From positions 239,936 through 303,935 of the forward strand of contig CBFDEM010000006.1 of NCBI GenBank assembly GCA_965603825.1: 64,000 nucleotides of DNA, written 5' to 3'. Numbering within the stretch: position 1 is the stretch's first letter; every line of letters begins with the position of its first letter. Below, in pieces: positions 63,073 to 64,000 of the stretch. The DNA is from Blepharisma stoltei ATCC 30299. Taxonomy: Eukaryota; Protista; Ciliophora. A program made the position numbers and the translations under genes. The notes under the pieces are model-generated. The model was not told the origin of the DNA and did no database searches. It saw nothing but the letters and a program-made list of their open reading frames with translations.

Positions 63073-64000
63073 AGGGTGTTAGGGTGTTAGGGTGTTAGGG
63101 TGTTAGGGTGTTAGGGTGTTAGGGTGTTAGGGTGTTAGGGTGTTAGGGTGTTAGGGTGTAGGGTGTTAGGGTGTTAGGGTGTTAGGGTGTTAGGGTGTTA
63201 GGGTGTTAGGGTGTTAGGGTGTTAGGGTGTTAGGGTGTTAGGGTGTTAGGGTGTTAGGGTGTTAGGGTGTTAGGGTGTTAGGGTGTTAGGGTGTTAGGGT
63301 GTTAGGGTGTTAGGGTGTTAGGGTGTTAGGGTGTTAGGGTGTTAGGGTGTTAGGGTGTTAGGGTGTTAGGGTGTTAGGGTGTTAGGGTGTTAGGGTGTTA
63401 GGGTGTTAGGGTGTTAGGGTGTTAGGGTGTTAGGGTGTTAGGGTGTTAGGGTGTTAGGGTGTTAGGGTGTTAGGGTGTTAGGGTGTTAGGGTGTTAGGGT
63501 GTTAGGGTGTTAGGGTTAGGGTGTTAGGGTGTTAGGGTGTTAGGGTGTTAGGGTGTTAGGGTGTTAGGGTGTTAGGGTGTTAGGGTGTTAGGGTGTTAGG
63601 GTGTTTAGGGTGTTAGGGTGTTAGGGTGTTAGGGTGTTAGGGTGTTAGGGTGTTAGGGTGTTAGGGTGTTAGGGTGTTAGGGTGTTAGGGTGTTAGGGTG
63701 TTAGGGTGTTAGGGTGTTAGGGTGTTAGGGTGTTAGGGTGTTAGGGTGTTAGGGTGTTAGGGTGTTAGGGTGTTAGGGTGTTAGGGTGTTAGGGTGTTAG
63801 GGTGTTAGGGTTAGGGTGTTAGGGTGTTAGGGTGTTAGGGTGTTAGGGTGTTAGGGTGTTAGGGTGTTAGGGTGTTAGGGTGTTAGGGTGTTAGGGTGTT
63901 AGGGTGTTAGGGTGTTAGGGTGTTAGGGTGTTAGGGTGTTAGGGTGTTAGGGTGTTAGGGTGTTAGGGTGTTAGGGTGTTAGGGTGTTAGGGTGTTAGGG
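63073..64000 (+). repeat. Telomere, (TGTTAGGG)n / (CCCTAACA)n
   Basis: ~115 tandem 8-mers running to the window end, with a few variant units. Confidence 0.99.

Noticed and set aside
63150-63820. Variant telomere units (TGTAGGG, TTAGGG, TGTTTAGGG)
   Set aside because: Rare single indels, indistinguishable from sequencing error.

Overview
AT-rich eukaryotic DNA, most likely the right end of a macronuclear chromosome of the heterotrich ciliate Blepharisma. The basis is a terminal (TGTTAGGG)n = (CCCTAACA)n telomere from ~63073, UGA read as Trp (TGA codons align with TGG in a paralogue) and 15-16-nt GT..AG introns. The supplied ORF track therefore fragments most genes; I re-joined them by hand. 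1-15 kb holds compact genes: SHP-box membrane protein, ERGIC/Erv41-46 family, FAIM-like, LRR, secreted methyltransferase, two degenerate RNase H-like paralogues, C2H2, Kelch and a pogo/Tigger-derived protein. 15-44 kb is a tandemly amplified neighbourhood of ~2200-aa Ser/Thr-rich, putatively GPI-anchored surface proteins (2 intact, several decayed) interleaved with pairs of small winged-helix/coiled-coil genes. 44-63 kb is subtelomeric: a malectin/Cys-rich multi-TM receptor, pseudogenes, duplications and transposon/IES-like scars. The main finding is an apparently undescribed ~80-nt structured RNA gene family with 5 full copies and 1 remnant. It shows compensatory base changes, a cUUCGg hairpin, a position-fixed upstream element at -58/-60, a TATA-like box and a T-run terminator. 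Three copies lie between two convergent, probably inactive RNase H-like genes.
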